Source: a virus
Taxonomy: Duplodnaviria; Heunggongvirae; Uroviricota; Caudoviricetes
IMG/VR virus record: IMGVR_UViG_3300028888_000113
DNA: 64,000 nt
Reading direction: 5' to 3' (one strand)
Shown here: positions 18,346-28,700 of the stretch, in pieces
Numbering within the stretch: the stretch's first letter is position 1
Layout: each line of letters opens with the position of its first letter
Program-made: the position numbers and the translations under genes
The notes under the pieces: generated by a model
Databases searched by the model: none
Seen by the model: the letters and a program-made list of their open reading frames with translations, nothing else
What the model was told of the DNA's origin: nothing

Positions 18346-18693
18346 CTATTTTATGGTGAATATGTATTGAATCCAAGCAAAGTGACCACGCGCCTTGTTG
18401 TAGAAGAAGCAGTCTTGATGATTGTACGCCTCCTGCTCGAAGCTGACACTCATATAAGCCCTGTCTGAATCAAACTTGCATATCAGATACTTGATGATGA
18501 ACTCAAGGCCGTAGATCACGAAGAATAGCAGCCATAGTGTTTCGAGTTGCTGCAGGGCATGAGTGGTTTCGTGTCTCATATCCGTAACGCTGATACGACA
18601 GTCTCTGCGGACAAAGACGAAAGGCCATATCGTCAATGCCTTGAATCCCTTCATTGGGAAATGCTTCGTATATATCTGTTTCAACTCCATCAT
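18346..18693 (-). CDS. Small protein with HExxH-like motif (HETTH)
   Basis: 115 aa. HETTHALQQ zincin-like signature. Overlaps the end of the large tail protein gene. Confidence 0.3.
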   Translation of the reverse strand: MMELKQIYTKHFPMKGFKALTIWPFVFVRRDCRISVTDMRHETTHALQQLETLWLLFFVIYGLEFIIKYLICKFDSDRAYMSVSFEQEAYNHQDCFFYNKARGHFAWIQYIFTIK

Positions 18694-21600
18694 TTCTTCA
18701 CTCTTAGATAACCACTACTGTCAACATACACGCCGCCATACGACAGTCCTGTTGCGTCTGGAGATGTTGGCCATTTATTGCTGTATAGTGATGCCCAACC
18801 ATATCGTGGATATGCTATCATCTGGATTACGTGGTATGAACCAGTGGAGCCAGCAGACTCGGCCATCACTTCCGCGAAATCGCTGCCAGTCATGATCCTT
18901 ATCGTAGAGTCCTGATAGTTATATCCATTCTTTGAATTAAGGAATAAAGAAGGAACGTATTCCCCATTATTGTTGTAGAATCCAAGTCGCAACGTCTCGT
19001 ATGTATTGTCATATCCAACGAGATACGCTCCTGTTGAATGAGGCACGATTTTCATGAACTTTGTTCCTGTACCTATCTTCACGTCACCAGTGATATTGCC
19101 ACCAGTGATAGTACCAGCAAGATAAAGGTTTCCGTCTGTGTCAAGACTCATGACTTCACCTTTCCCTTTGGCTTTCACACTCCATCTGTTCGAGAACTCG
19201 AAATCCACATTGTCGGCCTTCACCCTGAAATTGCTCATTCCATCTTCAATGAGAAGACTTACCTCTCCAGAGGTGATAAGCGTGTCTTCTGAGACGCGGA
19301 TCCCTGATGTTACTGCATCTGGAGGGGCTATAGCAGTACCCCCGTCTTTTCTAATGAGGAACGCTACATATTTTACCGAGCTGTTTATGTATTGCGGATA
19401 TACATAACCCTTTGAATCAGGTGTCTGCCAACCACTATCGTCACCAGTACATAGTCTGTCTTTATCAAAATATATAAAATCTACTTTGTAGCCAGATTTT
19501 ATGTAAGCTCTCAATGCCGTAGTGCATGGGTATAGATTCTTTGTCCTGATACGAACGTTACTTGAGCTTTTTGCCTCTTCATAAGTCTCGCCAGCGTCTT
19601 CGTCAGTACTTCCTTGCTCCCACATGTTTTGATAATTCAAAGCAACGCCTGTCTGCTCAAACATGTCAACAGTCGCACTGATACCATTTTTAAGGGTGTT
19701 CAGAGAAGAAACCGTTGCATAAGAGCTGAGAACTGAGTCAAGGTTAAGCTCGTCTTCAAAATCGCTATACACCTGATCCCAATCCACACGATCCTCTTTA
19801 CCATTGATCTTTTGATCAAAGGTAGTAACGGTGGAGGAAATGACACCACATTTCTGCAGTACAGAAGTAAACTGAGCGTTTGTGATGCTTCCTACTCTTG
19901 TTGCAACATCTTTTGCGGTCTGAACCGTCGAAGAGTAATCCTTCAACTTTCCATTGGCATCAAAGGCAGCAGCCCATTCACCTGTTCTTTCATCCGTCTG
20001 ATTCTTCCATGTAGCAAAGCTTGTTCCATCGTACTTCTTGGTATTTTCCTTATACGTGAAGCCAATAGATTCAAATGCAGCATCAGTAGCAGTCTTGTTG
20101 TTGGTAACGGTGGTGGAGATACCAGCAACCTGTACCTTCAAGTCAGCATAGCCCTTGATCTTACCGTTTGCATCAAACTCTGCTGCCATCAGACTAAGAA
20201 GGTGGTCATTCTGATATACCCATGTACCATAATAGAGATCTTCAAAGTCTTCACGACTACCAATCTCTTCGTCAAGGTCGGCACGTAGGTTTTCAAAAGC
20301 ACGGTCAGCAGCATCCTTGTTGTTGGTGACAGTCTGACGAATATTGTCAAATTCTATCTCGATTTCGGCAACAGCCTTATTCAAGTCAGAAGTCTGTTTT
20401 GCAGCCTGTAAGGTGATCCTGCGAGAAGTCTGCTCAAACAGAGTCTCGTAAGTCTCACGACTGTTTACGATAGGATCAGTACGAAGGGCGATAAGGCGAA
20501 TATAGCATTCTCCAGTATATGATACTATCATACGCCCACTCTGGCCAGTGTATGCCCAGGGATTGGCCTCAGTGTCTTTTGACTGAACAAGTTCCCACTC
20601 CCTTGTTGCATTCAATGACTTGCTCCATGATGATATTGTACTTCCATTGCTTTTGACAAAAGAGACTGTCAGTGTGCCAGACGTGATTGGTATCATCCTG
20701 ATACCCATATATAGTCTGTCTTCAACCTCCTTTGTATTGGTGTAGTTTTCATTCTGGTCATTGTCAGAGGCATTCTTCTTGTGAGTGCCGTTCTGTCTGA
20801 TGTCGGAGAAATTCTGATAAACACCCATACCAAGAAGATGAAGCACTTTCATGCCAGCATATTCGGCAACGGTAGCAGTAAGACGATTCTGATAGGCAAG
20901 CATGGCACCGTTCACCATCAGTGGAGTACCATCACCGCTGTTGATGGTCTGCTGTGTCACACCAGAAGGGGCAGCACCGCCACCAACTGCACAGACATTC
21001 CATCCTTCCATATCGCGGGCAAAGAATCCGTTTGTAAGGAAGTTATCATCATCGTCAATATTGTATGTCGTTTCGGTATAGACAGACTTCATCCTCTCCC
21101 TTGTTATCTCAAGGCTGGAGTTATAGCTCTCGCCTGTCTGACGGTTGAACATCTTACCGACTGCATACAGATTAGGCAGATATGCACCGTATTCTTCGAG
21201 CCATCCAAACAGATCGGTCCTTACACCAGACAAATTGCCGATACGAAGTTTCAATGAGTTATTCGGATCGGTCTTCATACCGTAGTACACATCTTGGTAA
21301 GGTGTGTTGGGGCCTACTGTGATAATCTGCATCAGACCCTTGCGTTCGGGATCGGTCTCGTTGTCAAGTCTGACAAAGGTATCTTTTTTGGCAATGACAG
21401 TTGCGGGAGTTCCATTCTCTGCAGAAGTGGTGAAGTTCTTGAACGTGATCCAGTCCAGACGGTCACCGTTCTCGTCTTTCATACCACCTGTGCCCGAGTC
21501 AGTGACAATCAGCTCATAGCTCTTGGTGATATAGCCGTCACCGCCACTGACAACATCATTGCCAGCAAGGTATTGCTGACATCTGATATAGTCGCCTTGC

Positions 21601-24600
21601 TTGAATGGTACGGCCTTGATTCTCTCACACTCTGTAGAGAGCCATACCTTACCAGTAGCGGGATCGTAGTGGTGTACCTCCATCATGGCAGCGAAGACGT
21701 AGTTATCAAACTCGCCTCGAAGCTGAGAGACTATCATTTCATAGACACGAAGCGTCTCACGGACGGTTACACTGTCTATCTCAAGTGTATAGTAATCTTC
21801 TTCGACACCAGCCGAATTGATGCGAGTCTTCTTCTGAATAGCCCATCCTTTACCACCGAGGAAAGCACTTATGAAGTCAATAGAAGAGAGATCACCTCCA
21901 AAGGTAGAGTTGTTGACCACAAATAGTTCCTGCAACTTCGCAAGCCCTCTTGTGATAAGCGTCTCTATCTCCACATGGCCCTCTGGAGTGATGATACCAC
22001 CCTCTATTCCTTCTGCGTATTTGCCGATAAGGATATTGCCTAATGTCTGGAGACCAACGTTGAAGATGGTCTGGTTAGTCACCTCTCCGATATGTGCAGA
22101 CTGAGTGTATATCTCCTTGGCTCTCAGCAGATGTCTGACTGTTGCATAGTCAATTTCCATCAGCCAGTTATCAACGAGATTCTTCCATATCGAGAAACCT
22201 ATTCCGTCATTGTGGTCCTCTGTCTTGATTGTACCATCCTCAAGTTCGGTCTCTTCCGTGGTCCACTCGCCTAATTTGAAATCAGGTGACTGAACCATTA
22301 GGTCAGCAATGATGCCTGCGAAGAAACGGATAAGATAGCGAGTCTCGTCTTCACGGATCTTTGACAGATATGAGTTGTTGCCTATCTGCTTGATCAGTTT
22401 GGTGATCTCTTCTTGTGACAAGATTTCACTAAGACCGCTCATGCCACCCATGATGTCGATGGCACGTTGCACATCTGACACCTCTTTGTCATCACGAAGC
22501 ACCACATCATAAGTCGGAATGCCATTGTTACCAGACTCATGAATAGTGATGCTGTCGATATATGTTGTGAGATTCAGATCAAGGTCTTCATCTTCTACAT
22601 GTATGCACATTCCAGCCATCAGCGTGTCGTGAAGACTTGTAACAGTGCTTCCCTGTTTTGTGGCCTCGTCATGCTGATGCGCCATGAATATCTCGTCAAC
22701 CTTCGGGATATATGTATTCTTTGGCTCGTCTATGCCATCAAGGAAATTGCAGGACTTTATAAGAAGCCTTGCTGCAGCAGAATCCACATAAGATGATGGC
22801 ATCTGTAAACCAGTAACTACGAAAGTGTCACCGCTCAGAATTTGGCAGTAATACGAAATATTGTTCTCGTAGTATGGGAAATATCGGCCAAGTGAACTAT
22901 CCTGTTCCCGTTCAAGTTTCAGCTCCCATTGCCCATCAATGAGTTTCGGCTGACTCAGCAACTTGAACTTGCGGCCTGTACAGAAGCCACTTTTCATTTC
23001 CAGATAGATGTCTTCCTGACGGCTTTCCCAAGCCTCCTTCCAGTCCAATGCACTGTTTGACGCAACCTTGATGATAAAACTGATGTCGGTCTGCTCTCCG
23101 AGGTAGCCGTTATCTGTAATCTTCGATCCTGTAGTCACGACACCAGCACCAGTACCTTCGATACTTGGCATGATCTCTGGCAGATCTTCGTTGCTACCGT
23201 CAAAATAAACAGAGCCTTCTTTCTCACCGATGTCATTTGCATTTATCGATCTTATCCAAGGTGACATGACCTCGTTGGAGAATGTAAACCTTGCAAGAAG
23301 AGAACTTGCAGTGGCACTTGATATTTCGCTCGATACGATGGAGCCGTTCGCAACGGCATTTACCCAAGCATTAAGCGACATATCTGGAAATCCTGGCAGC
23401 ATGAGGTTGCTGATAGACAGCAGGGCAGGGTATTTATCTTGATTGGTGAAGCTGATGTGATCCTGCGGCCATACGTTCTTGTCAAACCCAGCCTTGAACA
23501 CAACAACCTTACCTACGGCAAGACTTCTGATATACGAGACGAGTTTGTTCAGGTCCGGCTCGTCACCTTCATCCTCATTCACCCGATGCTCGACATACAT
23601 TCTTATTGTCGGATATGTCGAATTGGCAAGGTTCTCAACCTTAGAATAGATCTCTATGCCGTCTATACTCGTCTTCGTCACCCAACCAACCTGATAGGTA
23701 CCGACGCTTGGATCAATCATGTTCCTGATGTTGAACATGCCTGCCAAATACGGAATATCAAGACTGAACTCTGCATAGTTGTATTCGAGATTCTGCGAGT
23801 GGATCTCCGTGATTACAGCATAGAACTGCTTGTGAAGATTGGCATAGTAGTTGAGAGGAAGATTCTGAGACGATCCATAAGCGTATAGTTTTGTCACTAC
23901 TGACTGAGAATCATCACAGGTCTTGTCTATCTCATAGAGTCCGTTGTTCTTTCCATACTTGAAGATCTGGTTTGCGGCAATGGCAGGAGCACCAATGACG
24001 ATAACCCTGTTCCTTACGACAAAACTCAAACCGAAGTTCTTGTATGACAGAGAAAGAATGTTACGGCAAGTCTGATTGTCAACACTGATATTGATGTCGG
24101 TGTTACCCTCAGTCTTCGATAGTTCAGACTCAGAAAGAGACGAAATGGTCTTCGCTTCCGGATGATAGTATTGAAGCCAGGCACTATCTGGCACATGGCT
24201 ATTGATTCTTTGCCGTGTACGTCTGTAGTTTGGTGTCAATACGGTCCACGCCGTCCCTGTGGCGCGGTCAAGATTGGCCTGCAGTCTGTCTGCAAGGTCC
24301 TCTATGGAACCTGCGAAAAAGGCAAACTTACCCTGAGAAGAATATACGTTTGTGTTTGATGCAGAGTTCCAGTTTAGGACATAATCCTTGAAAGCAATAT
24401 CATTAAGTTCTCTTGCCAATGAGTAGAGCTTGACGTTCTCATAGACAAATGCTTCACCGTAACTATCTTTACGTGCCTTCTTAATGACATTCGGATTGTA
24501 GTCTATATTAAATACCTCACCTCTGTAAGTCAGACAATCACCGAAATGGAAGTCTATAGGGGTGGGGGATTTGACGGTAACGGTAACATACTCGTCTTCC

Positions 24601-24695
24601 ATCCACTCACCATGATATTCAAGGTCGTGGACGGTAACAACTGGATTCCTGTCAGGATCAGTGTTCTTGCGATATATGTTCCAACTCTTACTCAT
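18690..24695 (-). CDS. Tail tip / host-specificity protein (2001 aa)
   Basis: Giant ORF directly downstream of TMP and the Dit-like gene. Internal TVTNNK(T/D)A(T/A)D(A/R)AFE repeats. Confidence 0.6.
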   Translation of the reverse strand: MSKSWNIYRKNTDPDRNPVVTVHDLEYHGEWMEDEYVTVTVKSPTPIDFHFGDCLTYRGEVFNIDYNPNVIKKARKDSYGEAFVYENVKLYSLARELNDIAFKDYVLNWNSASNTNVYSSQGKFAFFAGSIEDLADRLQANLDRATGTAWTVLTPNYRRTRQRINSHVPDSAWLQYYHPEAKTISSLSESELSKTEGNTDINISVDNQTCRNILSLSYKNFGLSFVVRNRVIVIGAPAIAANQIFKYGKNNGLYEIDKTCDDSQSVVTKLYAYGSSQNLPLNYYANLHKQFYAVITEIHSQNLEYNYAEFSLDIPYLAGMFNIRNMIDPSVGTYQVGWVTKTSIDGIEIYSKVENLANSTYPTIRMYVEHRVNEDEGDEPDLNKLVSYIRSLAVGKVVVFKAGFDKNVWPQDHISFTNQDKYPALLSISNLMLPGFPDMSLNAWVNAVANGSIVSSEISSATASSLLARFTFSNEVMSPWIRSINANDIGEKEGSVYFDGSNEDLPEIMPSIEGTGAGVVTTGSKITDNGYLGEQTDISFIIKVASNSALDWKEAWESRQEDIYLEMKSGFCTGRKFKLLSQPKLIDGQWELKLEREQDSSLGRYFPYYENNISYYCQILSGDTFVVTGLQMPSSYVDSAAARLLIKSCNFLDGIDEPKNTYIPKVDEIFMAHQHDEATKQGSTVTSLHDTLMAGMCIHVEDEDLDLNLTTYIDSITIHESGNNGIPTYDVVLRDDKEVSDVQRAIDIMGGMSGLSEILSQEEITKLIKQIGNNSYLSKIREDETRYLIRFFAGIIADLMVQSPDFKLGEWTTEETELEDGTIKTEDHNDGIGFSIWKNLVDNWLMEIDYATVRHLLRAKEIYTQSAHIGEVTNQTIFNVGLQTLGNILIGKYAEGIEGGIITPEGHVEIETLITRGLAKLQELFVVNNSTFGGDLSSIDFISAFLGGKGWAIQKKTRINSAGVEEDYYTLEIDSVTVRETLRVYEMIVSQLRGEFDNYVFAAMMEVHHYDPATGKVWLSTECERIKAVPFKQGDYIRCQQYLAGNDVVSGGDGYITKSYELIVTDSGTGGMKDENGDRLDWITFKNFTTSAENGTPATVIAKKDTFVRLDNETDPERKGLMQIITVGPNTPYQDVYYGMKTDPNNSLKLRIGNLSGVRTDLFGWLEEYGAYLPNLYAVGKMFNRQTGESYNSSLEITRERMKSVYTETTYNIDDDDNFLTNGFFARDMEGWNVCAVGGGAAPSGVTQQTINSGDGTPLMVNGAMLAYQNRLTATVAEYAGMKVLHLLGMGVYQNFSDIRQNGTHKKNASDNDQNENYTNTKEVEDRLYMGIRMIPITSGTLTVSFVKSNGSTISSWSKSLNATREWELVQSKDTEANPWAYTGQSGRMIVSYTGECYIRLIALRTDPIVNSRETYETLFEQTSRRITLQAAKQTSDLNKAVAEIEIEFDNIRQTVTNNKDAADRAFENLRADLDEEIGSREDFEDLYYGTWVYQNDHLLSLMAAEFDANGKIKGYADLKVQVAGISTTVTNNKTATDAAFESIGFTYKENTKKYDGTSFATWKNQTDERTGEWAAAFDANGKLKDYSSTVQTAKDVATRVGSITNAQFTSVLQKCGVISSTVTTFDQKINGKEDRVDWDQVYSDFEDELNLDSVLSSYATVSSLNTLKNGISATVDMFEQTGVALNYQNMWEQGSTDEDAGETYEEAKSSSNVRIRTKNLYPCTTALRAYIKSGYKVDFIYFDKDRLCTGDDSGWQTPDSKGYVYPQYINSSVKYVAFLIRKDGGTAIAPPDAVTSGIRVSEDTLITSGEVSLLIEDGMSNFRVKADNVDFEFSNRWSVKAKGKGEVMSLDTDGNLYLAGTITGGNITGDVKIGTGTKFMKIVPHSTGAYLVGYDNTYETLRLGFYNNNGEYVPSLFLNSKNGYNYQDSTIRIMTGSDFAEVMAESAGSTGSYHVIQMIAYPRYGWASLYSNKWPTSPDATGLSYGGVYVDSSGYLRVKK

Positions 24696-25255
24696 GCTGT
24701 TGGCTTGTATAAGGTCGTTGAGCGACTATCAATCATTATTTCGGTTACAGGATCATTCACTTTGAATGTTACGGAGAATATCAAATACCACCAGCCATCA
24801 TCACCCTGAGACCATTTCGTGCTATCGTCAATGCTCTCAAAACGCACATTCTGACGGCCAACACCAGTATGCGAGGAATACATCATCAGCATTCCGCTTT
24901 CACGGAGGAATTTCACGAATGCCTTAACATTCTCCCTGACTCCTTCTCTCGATGCGTCAATTGTATCTTCCTTGCACTTACAGCCAAATTCTACCTTGAT
25001 GCTGTAGGCTTCTATGTATAGACCTTCCGATGAGATATACTCTTCGTCACCATGTTCGTCAAACCAAGTCCGCTTTGCTGGTGCCTTTGCCTGATTGAAG
25101 ATCTTGAAGGGAATATCCTTGCAATAGATATTCCATTTCCCAACAGATTCATTGATGGAAGAGCCAGTTCCCATCTTCTGCAAGAAAAAGTTTCTCCATT
25201 TCTCCATAAAGCAAATTCGTATTTTCGTTATCCTGAATAGTTGATGTAAGCTCAC
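24692..25255 (-). CDS. Distal tail protein candidate (Dit position)
   Basis: 187-aa ORF between TMP and tail tip protein. Positional inference only. Confidence 0.35.
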   Translation of the reverse strand: MSLHQLFRITKIRICFMEKWRNFFLQKMGTGSSINESVGKWNIYCKDIPFKIFNQAKAPAKRTWFDEHGDEEYISSEGLYIEAYSIKVEFGCKCKEDTIDASREGVRENVKAFVKFLRESGMLMMYSSHTGVGRQNVRFESIDDSTKWSQGDDGWWYLIFSVTFKVNDPVTEIMIDSRSTTLYKPTA

Positions 25256-25424
25256 CTCTTTTGGAAGAGGATATTATTTTCAGCGACAAAGATACGAATA
25301 ATTTCCGTATAAAAATACAATTACTATGAATATTTATGCAATTTAACAGAAAAAATTGCATACTTCTTGGAAATAAGTGAGTTTTTTTCTAATTTTGTTA
25401 CCAAAAGAAGTGTAGGTTTAATCT

Positions 25425-25742
25425 TTGGATATGTTATTTTGGATTTTCGTTATTGCAGTATTGTCTTCTGTAGGCTATCTTGTCTATCAGGAGTATGTAA
25501 AGGCAAGGGATTATGGTGATGAAGGTGCATTGGGCATTTTCTGGAGAAACTTCGGCATCGGTGTTATAGCAGTGATCGCTTTCTGTTTGTTCCTCGGATA
25601 TAAGTCGCAAAACAAGAAGTCACATGGGTGGCAATATCACGATCAGAATGGAAAGGAACAGATTCAGTATCAAGGTAGCAGGGAACAACAGAATGATCTT
25701 GATGCCATTGACAGGTATGGAAATTCCCATTCAGACTTCTAA
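25425..25742 (+). CDS. Moron: small 2-TM membrane protein encoded antisense inside the tail module
   Basis: Opposite strand to all flanking structural genes. Has its own AT-rich upstream region and its own terminator. Two TM helices (IFVIAVLSSVGYLVY, GIGVIAVIAFCLFLGY). Confidence 0.45.
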   Translation: MDMLFWIFVIAVLSSVGYLVYQEYVKARDYGDEGALGIFWRNFGIGVIAVIAFCLFLGYKSQNKKSHGWQYHDQNGKEQIQYQGSREQQNDLDAIDRYGNSHSDF

Positions 25743-25743
25743 C

Positions 25744-25776
25744 AAAAAAGCGGGGAATTACCCCGCTCTTTATTTG
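25744..25776. terminator. Bidirectional intrinsic terminator (GCGGGG-AATTA-CCCCGC)
   Basis: Perfect 6-bp GC stem with A6 upstream and TCTTTATTT downstream. Serves the + moron and the - TMP gene, whose stop is at 25770. Confidence 0.7.
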
Positions 25777-28700
25777 ATGTGAATCTTTGTTCCCTCTGGC
25801 GCAACACCGTGCAGTATATTGTATATCATTTCGACAAACTCAACATTACGGCTTGTGTTGTTTACGATGGCCCGCATCTGTTCTAACTGTGCATTTGCTA
25901 TCGTGTTGTTCTGAGTTATTGCACTCAAGAACTGAGGATAGTACATGGCAATCATAGAACGATTGACTGATACATCGGCCCTGATGGCATTGATGTACGA
26001 TGCAATAATATCTTGAGCACCCTCCAAGACGGACTTGATACTGCTTCCGGTAGATGTTCCACCACCGCCACTGCCATTCACTACATCATATCCCTGATAC
26101 TGGAAAGCGTTCGCTATCGTCTGGCCAAGTGTCTGTGCCAAAGGAAGAATCTGCTCAAATGCCAATGCCATATCCCCTGCGATACTTGCCACACCAAGCA
26201 TGAGCTGTTGCTCGTCAATAATACGGTTCCCGTTCTGATCCTGCATGGAATAAGCTTTATAAAGATTCTCAAGCTGTTTCTCGAACTTATCAAGAACGGC
26301 AACCTTGAGGAACGTCTTCACGGCATCCTGGGCAATCTGTTTGAAGGTGTCACTGGCATAATCCCTGAATGAGTCAAGTGCATTCTTACCACTGCCAAGC
26401 CAATCCCAGACGGCATTTACCATATCGTCTGTAAGACCGCCAAAGGTACTGCTGATATAATCCTTGATGGACTTTTCCCACTCGTCATACTGCTCTCTGA
26501 GTTCCATCAGTTTCTCAAGCGTCTCTTTGGTCTCGCCAACAAGGGTGATACCGCTGTCAAGAACAGCCTGCGCAACTTTCAGATCTATAAGACCAGACTT
26601 GTCAAAGAGGTCAAGACCAAGATTCTCTTTGGTCCATTCCTCAAGGTTCTGTGTCTTCTCGCTACGGAAGAAGGTTCTGTGCTGAGTCTGAACTTTCATG
26701 TTGCTGCGGGCATCCACCTGACCATTATCATAGGTGATAGCGTCAATGCCTGCCTGTACAGCCTGACCGACGGCATAACCGACACCAGCGGCTATTGCAG
26801 TTCCTATTGCTGCAGCTGTTATTCCAGTAACGGCAACCGTTCCTGCACTCAAGGCACCAATAGCTGCTGCGCCGAGAGCGCCGACACCAACGGCACCAGA
26901 GCCAAAGGAGAATGCACCTGCCACAACAGCCACAATAGCCGTAATCGCTGCAACGATTGGAATGAGCGCACTCTTGATTCCTGCGGCAGAATCAATGTAA
27001 GCCTCTTGGGCTTCGTAGAGCTTGTTATAGTATTCTGTAACTACAGCGCCATGTATCTTATAGGCTTCCTGCAGCTGACGAAGAGGATTGTCGCCTATCC
27101 AACCCTTTTCTTCGGCATGAGCTTTTTCAACGGCTACCCTATAGGAGTCAATAGCTGCACGGAGTTGATTTACTTTCTTCTGCTCTTCTGCGTGTCTCTG
27201 ATAGATGGACTCTGTGCTTGGGAGAATGTCTGCCAATGCCTTATTCATGTCAACCATTGCAGTTACGACGGTCAACACAGCAGAAACCTTGTTGAATACA
27301 CCAGTGAATCCCTTCGCGTTCATGTCGAGGTTCTGAATAGCAGATATACCATTGCCAAGCGAAGAGAACATCGTGCCGAAACCGCCAATTACATTGCCAA
27401 TATCACCGCCTATTGATGATCCGAGAGAAGATAGGCTTCCTCCAAGATTCTTGAATGAGTTGGCTATGGCTGCTGCTGCTTTCTTTACCTCATTGAAGGA
27501 TTCGGTAACATCGTTCTGTGACTTGATAAGTTTTTCGTTGGCTTTCTCCTGTTCCTTCACAGCCTGATTGAGCCGTCTCTCACGGCTTTCTGCTGCTTGC
27601 GGGTTTGTGGCAATTTCTCCACGAATGGCGGCTACCTTTTTGTCTGCATCATCCTTTTCTTTCTGTGCATTGTTCTGTGCGATGACTGCGGCATTATATT
27701 TCTTGATGGCATCAGTCATGGCGTTTATCGGATCGAGAGTGATCTTCTTGTCAGTAAGGTCTTTCATGGCCTTCTGCCAGGCACGACTCTCTTTCTCGCT
27801 CAGACGTGTTTCCTTCTGGAACTTCTTCATGGACGCTACCATCTTGTCAATGGTCTCGAAACTCATATTGTCGAGATCACCGAAGACACGGCCCCAATCG
27901 TTTTCCTTCTTGAATTTCTCCCACTGGAGTTCGCTCACTTTGTCAGCAGCATTCTGACGGGCATTTTCTATGAGACGATTATCACCACCGAGGGATTCAA
28001 TGGCTGCTATCTGCTTTTCAAGACTGCGATTTACGTCTTCAATCTTGTCATCATAGTCTTTCGCATTCTTGATGGCCTCTTCATAGAGGTCAAGTTGCTC
28101 CTTTTTAAGAAGCTGCTGATGCTTGCGCCATTCATCCCATACGGCAAAGATCTGACTGTCCTTACCGAATTTCTGAATGTCGCTTTCCGACAGGCCGAAA
28201 ACATCTTCTGGAGTCAAGGCAGAATATTTCTTGTTCTTACCCAATTCGGTAATCATCTGATTTCTCAGATAATCGGAATAGGTCGTGTTCTGCGCAACAC
28301 CAGCAACCCTTGATGCAAGACTGGCATCGCCAGTGAGTTCAAGCCATTTCTTATAGGTCTGGTAGTTCTCTGACATGATAGACATCATCTTTCTCAGTTC
28401 AGAGATATATGTTTTCATGCTCTCTACGGCATCCTTACGCTGCTTGTTCTCAATGTCGGCCTTTGTCGCATTGATGAACTTGTGGCGGGCTTCTGTGTTG
28501 ACGTTGAATCCATTTGTCAGTTGGTCAAGCGTCTGCTTATAATTGGAGAGGTCTTTGATACCCCAATTAAAGACGGTGCCAAACTCACCATCTTTCTTGA
28601 GTACATCAAGTGCGCCACTATGACCATAGATGTCCTCATATCCCTCCAATTCCTGATAGAACTTCTTATATAGGTCAACACGATTCTTGAGTGCTTCAAG

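Noticed and set aside
19038-24359. + strand ORFs inside the 2001-aa tail protein gene
   Set aside because: Antisense to a long, clearly coding frame. No independent signals.
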